Positions 11,782 to 25,300 of a stretch of 64,000 bases of DNA are shown here, one piece after another. The notes beneath the pieces were generated by a model that saw only the letters and a program-made list of their open reading frames with translations, was not told the DNA's origin and did not search any database. Within the stretch, counting starts at the first letter, position 1. Every line of letters starts with the position of its first letter. This DNA comes from Antedon mediterranea (Eukaryota > Animalia > Echinodermata): assembly GCF_964355755.1 (NCBI RefSeq), contig NC_092676.1, positions 28,290,871-28,354,870 on the forward strand, written 5' to 3'. A program made the translations under genes and the position numbers.

Positions 11782-14656
11782 CTGTAAAGTATATAATCAT
11801 GTCAAAATACTGTTATCAGAAAATGAATGTAATTCGATCTTCCTCTAAAATATATAATTATATTTAAACAATTTTTAAGGCTCCTACATTAAGTAAAAAT
11901 CTTGAATAATGGCTATACATGCTTTTTATCTCTTACGGTATTGATGCATATTTATTATCAATTATCAATCAGTTTTTGTATGAAATCCGTATTATTATTA
12001 GGTGGTCATTTAGAATAAAATGTAATAACTATCTATCATAAGCTAGGGATACAATATTAGGTACCCCGTGAAAGATTACACCCACTTAAGGAATACAATA
12101 TTTTACGGCTGTCTGGAACATTAGGACACCATGTCTCTGATAAAGAGTAACGACATTCCATTGACATATTTTAGAAAGGCACGTAGTACAACTATTCCTA
12201 TGTAGAGTATGAAGTTGCTATTTTTATAACAAATGTATTTTAAAAGGCTTTGACTATCGAATTTAATATAAAAGCAATCCATTTGTTAAAGGTTTTTGTT
12301 AAAATAATAACGAACTTATTAACTTTTAAACAACAAAATGTAAAAATATTGCTTTAACTGTATGGCCCTCTATCGGCCTATTACCGCAATTCAAAAGTTC
12401 TTTGGTGATTTTGTTTCTCACCCATTGTTTGTCATCGATTTGTATTCCAATAATAACATCTAATATTTGATGATATAATAGCAATCTGGATGTATTATTT
12501 CTGGTAAAGGAATAAAGCATTCATTTGCACTGCACTCAATAAAGACAGATGTAGCCTACTTTCATTGACTGAGAACCGATATCAATACACAAAAACAATG
12601 ACGACGACGATGATAAAAACTTTGCTTTAGACCTAACTATACTGTCTTCAATTCACAGAAGAAATTACATTTTCAATGTGGTTATAAACAGTTTCAAATT
12701 ATTAAAAGACGCAGAAGAAGATTTTATAAAACTAGAAGATTATTATATTTTATAACATAGAGAATGGGTGTGTTTGTATACCACCAGTACGATGTGCGTG
12801 TGTAATGCTGTTTATCTACGTCTGGAATAATTGTAAGCGAAAATATTTGTATAGTTTTTATGTGAGTTGCAGAATATTCTTGTTTCCTGTGTTTTAAATA
12901 ATGTTCCTTGACTCTATAGAATGTACTTTAGGTGGAGAAATATTTATATACTTAACTTATTAGAGTTCTATAAGTGATACAATATAAATATAAAAGCGCA
13001 ATAAAAGAAATTGAATTGAATATACACTATTATACACTTAATCGCATTTGATTTAACCAAAATATTATGTGGTTTTATGAAACTCAATATCAAAGGTCTT
13101 AAATATAGGTAGGCCTATACCTCATCATTAAGTCTATTTTCGTTTAAAAGAAAATAATTACTTCGAATGAATTATACTTTATAGCCTTTTAATTTTATGC
13201 CGTAATGTTATACCGATATGCTTATAAACTTTAAACTGCAGAATGTAAGCATTAGTTATTTTAAAATTTTAAATTCCATTTGAAATTGAAACAAATGTAC
13301 TGTATATATAGCCTATGTTATCAGAAGTACATATTGATATGATTATTGTATCATACATATTTGTTTCAAACCATGTTGGTATTATTTATAAGTCTATATA
13401 CATTTCGAAGGAAGGCAATTTTCTGTCCAGAGATAATATTATGCCAAAACCCGTGGATAATGCTCCGCGATTAATAAACAATAACTTATAGGCCTATGTA
13501 TGCTTGATCCAGAATTCTAAACGCAAAAAGCTCGAATCTTTTCTATCGTGAAATTAGAATAACATCACCAAACACGCAATATCTAAAAATACTATTTCTT
13601 TTTATTATATAAAAGAATTGATATTTGTTGGTTTGACAGGTTTATAATTGTCATGCCGGTACTGTCCTCGTTGGAATGTTTTTCACAACTGAATATTTTA
13701 TTTGTAAACAGTTTGTTTCTGTACACAATTTAAAGTTTCATGTGTCACCTGACCTATTATGTTATCATATTTCCTTATTATCAATTTGTTCTCATAAAAG
13801 AATCTATGTGTCTATAAAATCTGCAAAATCATGTTTGTATTGTTAAGGCATATACACTGACATAGTAATATTTTTAAAAATAATAAATGCAAGTTAGATA
13901 TTCATGTTTTTATTTCACACTAAAGGAAAATCATTATTTCGGTTCTACTGAGCCTATTTATATTCTACAGCCAATGATTCTTTCCACATGAGTACTTGAG
14001 TAGCTGCATATTATAAATAATAATAGTTTTTAGTAAACAAACACGTAGGCCTACCTCATTTTACACATTTGCCATTTATTATTTGGATTACGATAATTCA
14101 CAGTTCTTAATTTTTACTGTCAACAATAGGAGTAAACATTATTATAATTAGGAGCCTATTGTGTCATAAGTGGGATTTTTTCAGAGCCACATTGAAATTC
14201 GGTTATAATTACTGTAAACAGATGCTGACTCGAATGCTCGGTCAAGTTATACACCAAAACACACATTAGGCTACTATTAGTTACAATGTTACTCATATTT
14301 ATTTTTCATACGTTCATAAAATGGAATAAAATCAATATCACAAGCTAGCGACGGCTTTTTTAAGATGAAAAGAATCATTACGTAAAATCATTCATCCGTA
14401 CTATCGATTGTCATTGGCTAAAATTGTGCTCGTGCCTAGATCTGTAATAAATATCATAATTTAAGCAAAGTATAATAGTTCAAACAAACAAATATCGCAC
14501 TCAGTCTTGATTAAACGTAGCGGATACACACTTACAACTGAAGATAACAAATATTATCAACAAAAACAACCAGCAATACCTGACATAACGTAAAAGACGA
14601 ATTGTATTGAGACAAACTATTCTGTAATCAATAAGAACATTCAAACAGGCATTAAA

Positions 14657-15451
14657 ATGGGACCGCATAATCCTGTTTCTGCTACTTGTACGTTGGGCAA
14701 GAACAAATACACACTTACAACTTACAATGCTGGTCAAGACAAAGACGATTACAGAGAGGAGAAAATAAGCGAATGTAAAAAATCTGATATTGTTTTCTTT
14801 CAAGAAGTTAATCAAAATACTATCACATCTTTCAACGACGAGTTTGAATCTTTTAAAAATAAACTGGGAAATGCATACACAGCAGTATTGATTAAAAAAC
14901 ACATTATTGGAGAAAAACAGAAAAGAGATGAGAACAAAAAAATTCCAGCTGTTTGCGAAGATGTTCGTCATTGTACAGTGGAAATGACAAATATGATCGT
15001 TATTTCATGGCACGGTAACCAGATAATAAATAAAAAAGGTACACTAAAAGACCAAAAAAAGGTTCCAAAAGATGCAAAGAAGGTCATATTTAAAGCTCTT
15101 CAGCGTCACGCATTTGACCTCGTAAAGGAATCCAGTTTACCGGTTATCATTGGTGGAGATTTTAATATACCAGTAGACGAACTAACTCAATTAGAGACAT
15201 TACCAGAAGAGTGCGATCATCATTACTTTAAAACTCCACGTAAACTAAATGTCGACGACAATGGGACAATTAGAAGTGATATTGATTTCTTCTATGTAGT
15301 ACTCCCTAATTTACTCGGTATAGCAACCCCATTTCTACCGCATTTTAAAGAGGGAGCGAGTGCATCGCCAAAACAAGATGAAAACGACGATGATGGAATT
15401 ACACGTGGTATGGCAGATGTGAAGCTAGGCGAAGACGAAGCTACCAAATAA
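14657..15451 (+). CDS. Single-ORF EEP-superfamily protein, subtype B (264 aa), apparently circularly permuted
   Basis: Open 264-aa ORF starting at aaaATGG with an in-frame stop upstream (14591). Motifs TTYN, DIVFFQE, ISWHG, PVIIGGDFN, IDFFYV. N-terminal PHNPVSAT; no C-terminal SDH; acidic tail. Confidence 0.85.
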   Translation: MGPHNPVSATCTLGKNKYTLTTYNAGQDKDDYREEKISECKKSDIVFFQEVNQNTITSFNDEFESFKNKLGNAYTAVLIKKHIIGEKQKRDENKKIPAVCEDVRHCTVEMTNMIVISWHGNQIINKKGTLKDQKKVPKDAKKVIFKALQRHAFDLVKESSLPVIIGGDFNIPVDELTQLETLPEECDHHYFKTPRKLNVDDNGTIRSDIDFFYVVLPNLLGIATPFLPHFKEGASASPKQDENDDDGITRGMADVKLGEDEATK

Positions 15452-16416
15452 TTGTTAGATGTATAATACATTCTGTCGTTTTCTCTTGAATGGATGTTGA
15501 ATTAAATGTAAAAGACTTTGTGTAGTACATGGTGTTTTTAGTTCTGTAGGCCTAACAGGTCTGATTAAACATTTCTATAGGTCTGAAATACTAGTGTATA
15601 TTAGTAGTTCTAAATAGTACACAGATAACAATATATTATATCGACAAACAAAATGTATGTTTTTATTCACAGTTATTTTATTATAAAGTTATTTTTGTTG
15701 CCATTTTTTAATGATGCATATCCCGTGTAATATATTTTACGTGTTTTCCTATACATGATACACATTTTAATGTTTATATATACGAACAATTATATATGTA
15801 GGTAAATCTATTGAAAAAATATAAGAAAATAATTAAATAAAGTAGATTAGATAACAATGGATTAAACAAAATATTAAATGTTGTATTATAAAAAATATTA
15901 ATGATATGAATTAATGAATAAAAGTGGTGGTTCACGCCACAGACGAGAGTTACATTCTTATTTGCTGCTTTATGATTGTTAATTCAGCTGAAGGTGATCC
16001 AGGGTTTATTCCAACAGAGGCTATAGTTCTTATAATTCAGAGGGTAGTAAAGCCGGCCAACAATGCTCAGTATAAAACATGACAAAATACAACCTCATGG
16101 TACTGTTATTATCGTGAACGACAATGTGAATTAGTCTTAAATTAATCTGAATGATGGATAAAAATAAGTCTGGACTGTTTAAAGCACCTTTGGCTGGTCC
16201 CATCAACCAAAGGCTTCTCTCGTCCAGTGCCCACTGCATAATGCCTTATAACTCTTTTATGCAAGATTTTAAATGACCGCACATCAAAACTTTTTCAGAG
16301 ATATATAGGGCAGTACTATATATTAATTTTTATACATAATACATAGGATCGCAATTAAATAAAGTCTTTATGTTGAATTGTATTTTGAATTCATGAGGAT
16401 CATTAATAATGGTGGT

Positions 16417-16570
16417 CACTGTAATCGTCAATATCAGTTTCCGTTTGGTATGAAAACACCAATAATAAAATAACACTGTAATCGTCAATATCGTATGGAT
16501 ACACCGATAATAAAATAACACTGTAATTGTCAATATCGTGTGGAAACACCGATAATAAAATAACGGTGTC
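16417..16570. repeat. ~40-bp minisatellite, about 3 copies
   Basis: CACTGTAAT(C/T)GTCAATATC...ACACC(G/A)ATAATAAAATAA repeated; one copy at the paralogous site near 37890. Confidence 0.75.
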
Positions 16571-16658
16571 TAAAATAATAAGGAAATAATAACATGAAAA
16601 CAATATTTAAAATATAGGCTTACCCAAAAAGGAAAACAGAATCAACATACAATTCGAA

Positions 16659-16990
16659 ATGGAAGGACGTTTTGTAACACTGTTATTTGCTGTTTTAAGA
16701 TTTCTTATTATTAATTCAGCTAAAGATGACCTAGGATTTAGTGCAAAGACAGGCACTATAGTTCTGAGTGAAGGATCAAGAGGCCAACTAGAATGCTCAG
16801 TATCAGACATGACAAAATATACAATCTCATGGTATAGAGAAACAAGAAATGGTGACAGAACAATCATTTACAGAGATGGAATGTTGATACTGAACAACTT
16901 GAGAAGAGAACAAGCATACAGCAACCATATATATTACATGATGTTCAAATAAGACAAGCACGTGGACGAGATCTTGGTTATTTTCTTAAT
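16659..16990 (+). pseudogene. Signal peptide plus Ig-like (V/I-set) domain exon, frameshifted
   Basis: Hydrophobic leader, then VLSEGSRGQLECSV...ISWYR. A shifted frame continues QIRQARGRDLGYF (DxGxY/F motif); the second Cys is lost. Confidence 0.65.
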
Positions 16991-18116
16991 CGTAATAATT
17001 ACACATGATTTAACAGTTAACACTGTGCTTCATCAGCTCTATTACTTTTATTGATACATTTAAGAACTATATAGAATATAATATCGAATTGAATTCTTAT
17101 TATATGCTGACTATAATTGAAATTTTGTTACCGACATTTGAATTTTCGCTTAAAAGATAAAATAGTAGGCCTAATTAAAATGTATTTTTATATAACCCAT
17201 TTCTGCAATTCATTTTTTATAAACCGATGCTTATAATATTTATTGCGATAGCAAAAGTGCATCTTAATATAATTATTGCATTAAATATTGTTTATTTCAG
17301 AGCCTCAATTTGACATGCACTTAAGCCTACTTTTCCTGCAGACAGATAGGCCTACTCTCGAATGCTCGTTTTAAGCCAAAATTTCTTAATAGGAAATTGG
17401 AATGTATAGTGTTAGTTTATTAGAAAGATCGTCAATTTCGTATGAGTGTAAGTTTTGTATAAGTTTAAAGTGTTAATTCATTTTAATACGGTAGGTAGGT
17501 CTATACATTTTGAAGAAAGGGAATTTAGCTACCCAGTGATAATATTTATGTGGATACTGCGCTGAGATTATTAGGTAATGATAATAAGCTGATATTATTC
17601 TCGACCCAGAATTCTAAACGCATTGCTATTGTCTTTTCTATCGTGAAATTAGAATAACATGCGAATAACACGCAATATCTATAAATATATGATCTTTTAA
17701 CATATAGAATAATTGATGATTTTTAGTTCGTAAATTTCATGCTGGTACTGTCCTCGTTAAAATGTTATTTCACAACTGGAATAATAATATTTGTAAACAG
17801 TTCGTTTCTGTACACAATTTAAAGTTTCATGCTTCATCTGACTTATTATGTTATATTTCCTATTATCAATTTGTTCTCAAGACAACAGGGAAATAAAAGA
17901 AACTATAATAGTGTCTCTGAAATCTGCAAATTCATGTTTGTGTTTTTATATACACCGACATTTTAGTTTTGTTATAAAATAAAAAATGCAAGTTAAGTAT
18001 TCTTTTTTCGTTTTTCATTACACAAACACACGTACCTAATTTTAAAAATTTGCCATTCAATGCATGATAATTCATGTGACACATATTATTATTTGGATCA
18101 CAATAACAGAGGCACA

Positions 18117-19474
18117 TCTATATATAAATTATGGTTAATTCTGACATAGGCGAGCACAATGCAAAAACTTCGGTACAAATCTCCGCCTTGGATACCTACC
18201 TTATCTATCCGAGATGTACCGCGAAACGTAGATTTTATAACATTAGTGTTCACGCCGACGCTATTGTTCCATATTTATATCTTAGGAAGATATTATAACG
18301 AGTTTTTTAACAACATTTATGATTTCAACATTAGATTTTCCTCTCAATTTCAATTCTTCCCGGTCAAAGTAATTTCCGGGTTTAAGATAAGTTCACCTTG
18401 CAACAACCTTAGTTTCAAATATTTTCTCTCTTTTAAACACAAGGGAGCAGTTAAAATAATAGATTTGACCCTAAAGGTGACTGGAAACGTAACCGGCTCT
18501 TTCCATCAATCAATACAGTGTCCCTTTGGAAGACGAAAACAAAATCAGATAGTAGGAGTGGTTGGCCATTAGTCATAGCCATTTCAGTTTTTTGTTTATT
18601 TTAAAACATACCACGCGTGTGTGAAGGTACAGTAGTTAAATTATACTGGAAATTAATAAAGATCAAATTAAATATACGTCATAAAGAATCAGAATATATT
18701 GTGGGGAATAGTATTATAAAATTACATAGGAAGATTTGATGATAAGATATTTTTCGAGTGAAATCCCGATAGCTGAGTTTTATTGAGTAAGCTTGCAGGA
18801 ATAACTGTAGGCTATCTTCCTGTGTCCCGTTAGGACCGAGATGTCTGCCCATGTTGCAAGCCGTAATGTCTTCTTTCTTGGGCCCACTCAGTTACGGCAG
18901 TTTCAAAAGATGATTAAATTAAATAATGTATTAATAATTATTAGGATGGTATTCATTTGAATAAACGCCTCTCCAATAAAACATCACTTTGAATAATAAC
19001 CCCCACCCCCCCCCCCCCCCCCCACCCAACCCAACTATCTAATAAACGTCCATCCACATATTTATAATAACAAAATTATACTATTTGTAGTAGAATTCAC
19101 CGCACTGTTATCTACAATTTACCAAGCATTTGTTATTCTTTTTTAGCACTTTTCATATCTATTAGAGGATTTCATTTGATTATAAATGTTACCATATTAT
19201 TAAAACTAAAAAATTTAACATATATCCCTCGAATAAGCACCTCCCTCAAATGACCTCCGCCTCCCCAAAGGGCCCTACCAAACAATAAAAACTATACTTT
19301 AAAATGTTATTAATCATCTAAAACACTGTGAAACAAAGTAGTTTAGTTTTACGAATGTCAAGCATTTTCAATAATGGTAACCGACAGAAAACGTATAAGG
19401 AGAACATTATCATTCCGAGAACCATCGTCTACACATCCTAGAGGGGGAGCGAGCGAAGCGAGCTCACCCTCTAG
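18117..19474 (+). mobile_element. Non-autonomous Helitron
   Basis: 5'-TC start, 3'-CTAG end, terminal hairpin CTAGAGGGGGAGC...GCTCACCCTCTAG, A|T insertion site without TSD. Empty site gcaca|ttatta near 39537 and 58574. Confidence 0.85.
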
Positions 19475-19953
19475 TTATTATAATTATTGTAATATACCGG
19501 TAAGTGTCTGCATTTAGAGTTCTAATTAGAAATACAATATGTTTTAAAACGGTTCTATATAATCATGGAAGTTAAATTATTTCTCCATGGTATAATATTT
19601 TCTCTTATTTGTTAACCAGATATGCTCATACATTTTACTAGATCAGAAGTTATAATGATTTTATTTATAGGCGCAGGCTCAGCCGTATTAATTTAACCAA
19701 TGACAAGCGACGGATTTGTTTTCGAGCCGTGAAAAGAATCAATACGTAACACTAATACACGAGTCATCACTTGTCATTGGTCAAATTACTAAGTTCCATA
19801 ATATCTATACGGTTTACTTATTGATCCTGCATAAGTATTCATTATTATTCATACAACAAGTAAAATATGAATAGATATTCGTATTCACTTCAACTAACGA
19901 AAGCAAGAAATCGATAAAGCAAAAGCAATTAGTCTACCTGGCTACATCACAAA

Positions 19954-20028
19954 ATGGCACCTCATAATCCTGTTACTGCTACTTATTATATGTCTGGTGA
20001 GGAAAATTACAAGCTTACAACTTACAAT
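19954..20028 (+). pseudogene. EEP subtype A 5' fragment (25 codons)
   Basis: Same sequence and same breakpoint as 1077-1151. Confidence 0.8.
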
Positions 20029-21728
20029 AACAACAAACCACATAAATCTATTGGTAATAACATTTTGATAATTTTTTAATATATAGCAATTATTATTACG
20101 GTCACAATTCCTAATATTATTACACAGGTTTATTTGTTTTTAATCTTTAACTTCAATTTCTTGTCCATTGTCTTTATAGGTTTAAAAGAAAAGTTAGTTT
20201 TGGTGTATTTTTGCGTTAAATATTGAAACTTTATTAATGTTACATTTGGACGAAATTGCATTTCTTTAAATGTTCAATGACCATTTGACCTACAATGATG
20301 TCAATATATGTTACGTTTTATTTTTTCACAATGAATATAACAATTAGGCAACCTATGCAGTACATATTAATACCAAAAATATGCAAATGTGATCACTAAA
20401 TCCAAAGTTATTAGGAAAATGTAACCCCTTACCCTATAATTGTTAATAATACATTACTATCAACAGACAGAATGTCCTCATAAATTCACAGAATATTTGT
20501 TTGTTAAATTCAATTTTCTTATTTATTGTGTCTATAGGTTTAAGAAAACATTAGTTTGCATAAGATATCTTGTATTTTGTGTTTAAAATTGAAATGTATA
20601 AGCTAATTTAGAAGAAATTGCATTTTTTATTAAAGGTCATTGACCTTTGACCTCTAAAAGACATCAATAGATGTTCGATTCATTTTTTAAAAGCATATTA
20701 CAATAAAAAAATCCATACACTACATACTGATAACAAGAAAATGTAAATCTGTTCACGAAATCTTAAGTTATTTGCAAAAACGTTACCCCCTACCCCATTA
20801 TTGTCAAAGATTACTAATGACGAAAAAATGTCTTTACAATGCACAGCATATTCAATTTTGAAAAAATGTTAACTTCAATTTTCTTATTTATTGTGTCTAT
20901 AGGTTTAAGAAAACATTAGTTTGCATAAGATATCTTGTATTTTTGTGTTTAAAATTGAAATTTATAAGCTAATTTAGAAGAAATTGCATTTTTTATTAAA
21001 GGTCAGTGACCTTTTGACCTCTAAAGATGTCAATAAATGCGGGATTCAATTTTAAAAAGTATATTACAATTAGGAAATCTATACACTACATACTGATAGC
21101 AAGAAAATGCAAATCTGTTAACTAAATTGTAAGTTATTCGCAAAAATGTTACCCCCTACCCCATAATTGTAACTGATTACAAATTACTAAAAACAACAAA
21201 TTTCTTCATAATACACAGCATATTCATATTTTGTTAATCTTTAACTTCAATTTTCTTGTTTATTGGGTCTATATGTTCATGAAAACATCAGTTTGCATAA
21301 CATCTATTGTATTTTTTTTGTTAAAAACTGAAAGTTATAAGTTAATATTAGACAAAAAATCATTTTTTACTAAAGTTCAATGACCTTCTGACCTCTAATG
21401 GCGTCAATAATTGTTGGATTTACTTAGAAAAATATATTACACTTAAGCAGTCTATACACTACATATTGATACCAAGAAAATGCAAATCTGTTCATTAAAT
21501 CCCGAGTTATTAGCAAAAGTGTTACCCCCTACCCCAAAATTTTGTGATGCATATTTTCCGTAGGTGGTGTTATATAATCCTAAAAAAATGACTATTAAGC
21601 TGTACAATTGGCATTGCTATCATGGATTTCTGAAAAGTATACATATTAAGCTTTCCAAAAATGTATTGTAGCATTTGCCACCAATTTGATACTGCTTTCG
21701 CAAAAAACTGGACCTGGCCCATGGACTA
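20029..21728. repeat. ~365-bp tandem-unit element ending CCCATGGACTA (possible non-autonomous DNA transposon)
   Basis: Copy of the 1152 array. The right end CCATGGACTA resembles TAGTCCATGG termini I recall from Academ-like elements; no matching left end is seen. Confidence 0.65.
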
Positions 21729-21731
21729 TAT

Positions 21732-22139
21732 ATGTTGTATACACCACCTTTAACCGAGGCGATACCTGAGCTGATTTTTCGAGACGGCAGCTATCGTATT
21801 TGGCCTGTAAAGCTTAATAATGAAATCATCATTATCTCATGGAATGGCGGATTAGATCAAGTAGGCTCACAACCAGAAAATTTCAGATGTATCCAGACGT
21901 GTGCACTTAACCTTGCAAAGATATGTAATTTGCCAGTTATCATTGGTGGAGACTACAACTTAGAAGCAGACGAAGCCAGAATTAACATGTCGGATCCACC
22001 AGCAGGCTTTGATCGGTACATTCGAAGTCTAGTGAACATCTTTGGCCGTAGAGATAATCATGATTACTTTTATTGTGTGGTCCCAGCGGCTGTGAGAATG
22101 GAATTCAAATGCGAAGGAGCAAGTGCACATCAGAAGTAG
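21732..22139 (+). pseudogene. EEP subtype C, 3' half only
   Basis: RIWPVKL...IISWNG...PVIIGGDYN...HDYFYCV aligns to the second half of subtypes A/B; the 5' part is replaced by a repeat element. Confidence 0.7.
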
Positions 22140-22810
22140 GAGCAGCACCGTAGAAATGAGACAGGTGAATCAGAGACAGAACCAAAACACAACGATGAAT
22201 AGAAGGACAATAGTTTTTGATTAATTGTTAGTATTTTTAAAATTTCTTATATTTCAAATGTTGTACAACTTAACATAAACATGATGAATTTGATTACCTT
22301 TTGACTATAACATGTTTTATTTGTTTTTCCATTGTTTTATATTTAATATTTTTAGATATTAGTACTACAGTCAATGGACTATAAAGTCATAACTGTTGAA
22401 TAAGTATTGAGTGTTTAGTATAGCTTCGTGCATAGCACCATGATTATAGCAAGCAATTTTTGTTTGCACTTTTAGTAAGCTTAGGTCAAATATTACCGTA
22501 TTTATATAACAAAATTGTTTGTATCTAAAACTTTAAAACGTCTAATAGATATCATGAGTAACATTGAAATCACCATTGGTTTATTCTTTACAAGTGTTAA
22601 ATTATAACCTTAAGTTTTTTGGGGGGGCCTAATATGATTATTGATAAGTTCAAACGCTTAATATTTTAAGTTTATTTTATTTATTTTTATTTTCAATCTT
22701 TCTACATAACTAAAAACATATTTTATTTTATTATTTATTTTTATTTTATTTCATACTCATCCAACAGCGAGTAACCCGCCAATTACAGGATGGATAAACT
22801 ATTTAATAAT

Positions 22811-22988
22811 TTCACAAGACAAACATATACACAAGATGCTCTACATAAACAAAGACTTATTATTAAGTCTTTGGGAGTGGAGTTGTAAATTGTCATAAGA
22901 AAAAAACTCTGAGATATGACAGGGCTTGAACCCAGGCCCCTTAGATTGGTAGCCAAGCATCATAACCACCAAGCCACAGCTCCACTCC
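22811..22988 (-). mobile_element. tRNA-derived SINE
   Basis: A/B boxes; body matches 63410-63571 in the opposite orientation. Confidence 0.7.
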
Positions 22989-25300
22989 AATATATATAAG
23001 TATAACAGGGGAGTACCGGAAAAGCAAAAGTAATAAAACTGTCATCTTGTGATGTGCTTGACCAGCCCCTGTCAACTAGGACGATGCAATAAAACTGAGA
23101 TTATAACAACAAATTTATGTTTTTTATTTTTAATTCGTCCGATTACCGGTACCCATTAATGTTATACAGAGCAAAGCTGCACTAACGAAGCTGCATTATC
23201 CAATAAGCTGCACTAGCCAACAAAGCTGCATTATCCAATGAAGCTATGCACTAGCTAACGAAGCTGCATTACCCGAGTCTACTACGGACAATAGCTCCAC
23301 TCCACCGACATTGATCATTTAGCTGTACATTATCATTTAAGGAATACAACAATGAGCAACATGACAATACTTTATAGTGCCTTAACATCTACACTACACT
23401 TTAATAAGTTTTACTATTAAACATGATAATATAAAACCACAAATTATCACAAAAAAAGAAAGGTCAAGAATTGATTGAAAAAAAGTATAAAATAACCAAC
23501 ATAGAGAGACTAAAGCTACTAGTCACATCTGATCCGTTTTACAAACAGGAGACGGTGCAGTATTGTTAAACCATGGAGTAAAGAAAACCAAGGAAGAGGG
23601 AAATTCCATTACATCTATTACAAAACGTCTTCTGTTGTGGAAGAGTGTGGATGTAGCTTTAGAAAAATTGTGTTAGTGCCCTCTATCGTATGAGTACTGC
23701 AATCCAACACTATGCTGTCTAACCTGCACCATTATTCTGTCGTCGATTTTTATTCCAATACATACATAATAGACATGGTATAATAAAAACAGTGGTTGTA
23801 TCCAGAGCTATTATGATTCTACTCTGTCTTGCTTAACTTGTATTATTGTTTTCATATTAAATTCAGTATTATGTCTGAAGTATTACAATACTACTAATAA
23901 TTCGAAATGCTGAAATAAATAAATGAAAAGATAAAGATAAGAACATCTGATTAATTAGCAATTAGAAAAAAGTAAAATTGGAAAGGGTTTAAATTCACAC
24001 CTGTCCGTATGTTTCTCCTCTTTGTTCACAAACCCAATGGTTCCAATCATTACATTACATTACGGTACGTTACATAGCCCATGGAAATAAATTCATTAAT
24101 CCATGCATATTCTTTCCAGTCTTTATTGGAATACAATATCTATAAGTATGGATATACCAGCGCTGTTATTGTAAAACAATTGATATTTCAATTGTTTTGT
24201 AGAAAATGTTCAATACTTGGCCACCTGTGGTTTAAATGTTTTCATTTTCTCATACATGCTTTTTATCAGGCTATTATGTTATTGATGCATTGATGTATGA
24301 AATCCTAAAATGCAATAACTATCTACTATTATATAAGAAATACAATATTTTACGGGCTGTATAGAATATTTATCCCCGTGACAGATTGCACCCTATAATA
24401 TAACAGTAATAACTATATCTATTATAAGGGATACAATCTTTTACGGGCAGTCTATAATATAGGTATCCCCGTCACAGATTGCACCCCCTATAATATAACA
24501 GTATATTTATTGAATATTATTCAAAATAACATGGAATGATTTATGATGTCCATTCTAATTTATCTTGCATACTACAATACAAGTATAATGTTTTAAAAGT
24601 ACAAAAATAAATATAAGTAAAAATTACTAGAAATAAAGCAAGGAAATCTATTGTAGGCTACAGCTAAACAATTTTTTCTATATTTCTCGGCCAAAAACGC
24701 CCTCTATGAGACTGTTCCACAGTTTGCAGAGGTTCGTCTGCAATCATATTTTTCACTATCATCAAATCTACAAATAAACCGTAAGTCTTCATTACTCCTT
24801 GCATTCAACACAAAATGCTCCTGATTTTGAACCCTAGTAAGGTAAGGTAATCAACACAGATGGACATTTACACATGTACATGTTTTTTGTATCTTTTACA
24901 CTTAAATTCTTAAGTCATCATGAGCAAGTACATTTTCCCAAGAAATTATGTTTAAAAACAATTTTATAAGAAAAACTCTTTACAATTGTATTGTATTACT
25001 GTATATATGCAGAACAGAATGTCTGACAGAGAGACTCGTACATTATTATAATGTAGCATCTTTGATCATTTTGTATAATAAAGTATGCGTACGATAAGGA
25101 AGATGAAATAGAATAAAATTAAGTTGATAATGTAATAGCAATTTCGTTGTATATTTCTGGTAAAAGTATTATCTTTAACAATGTTTAACAAATCTACAAA
25201 TCATTCAAGAACTAAAAGACATGTTTCTATTGCAATAGGCAATTGAAAATTTGACTAGAGACCCCCTTACTCCTTCACAACAGAAAGATTTACACCACCA

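Larger units (their letters stand above)
4843..18080 (+). repeat. Segmental duplication, unit 1 core
   Basis: Colinear and near-identical to ~26141-39500 (offset ~21.3-21.4 kb); its first ~5.4 kb also matches ~54575-60070. Confidence 0.9.

Noticed and set aside
14501-14971. Antisense ORFs over EEP genes (also 35959-36423, 9277-9501, 59042-59269)
   Set aside because: Shadow frames of the + strand genes with no independent motifs.
14657-15451. EEP ORFs as LINE retrotransposon endonucleases
   Set aside because: No reverse transcriptase, poly-A tail or TSD; the ORFs have their own start, stop and conserved upstream motif.
16417-16570. CRISPR-like array
   Set aside because: Contiguous tandem repeats without unique spacers; eukaryotic context; no cas genes.
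18159-18572. 137-aa ORF inside the Helitron
   Set aside because: No Rep or helicase motifs and no recognisable domain.
19000-19023. Poly-C tract as a G-quadruplex element
   Set aside because: Simple homopolymer inside a Helitron, with no other support.
20029-21790. Repeat as an intron joining the A 5' fragment to the C half
   Set aside because: No GT at the breakpoint, no clear acceptor, and the product would lack the QE motif.
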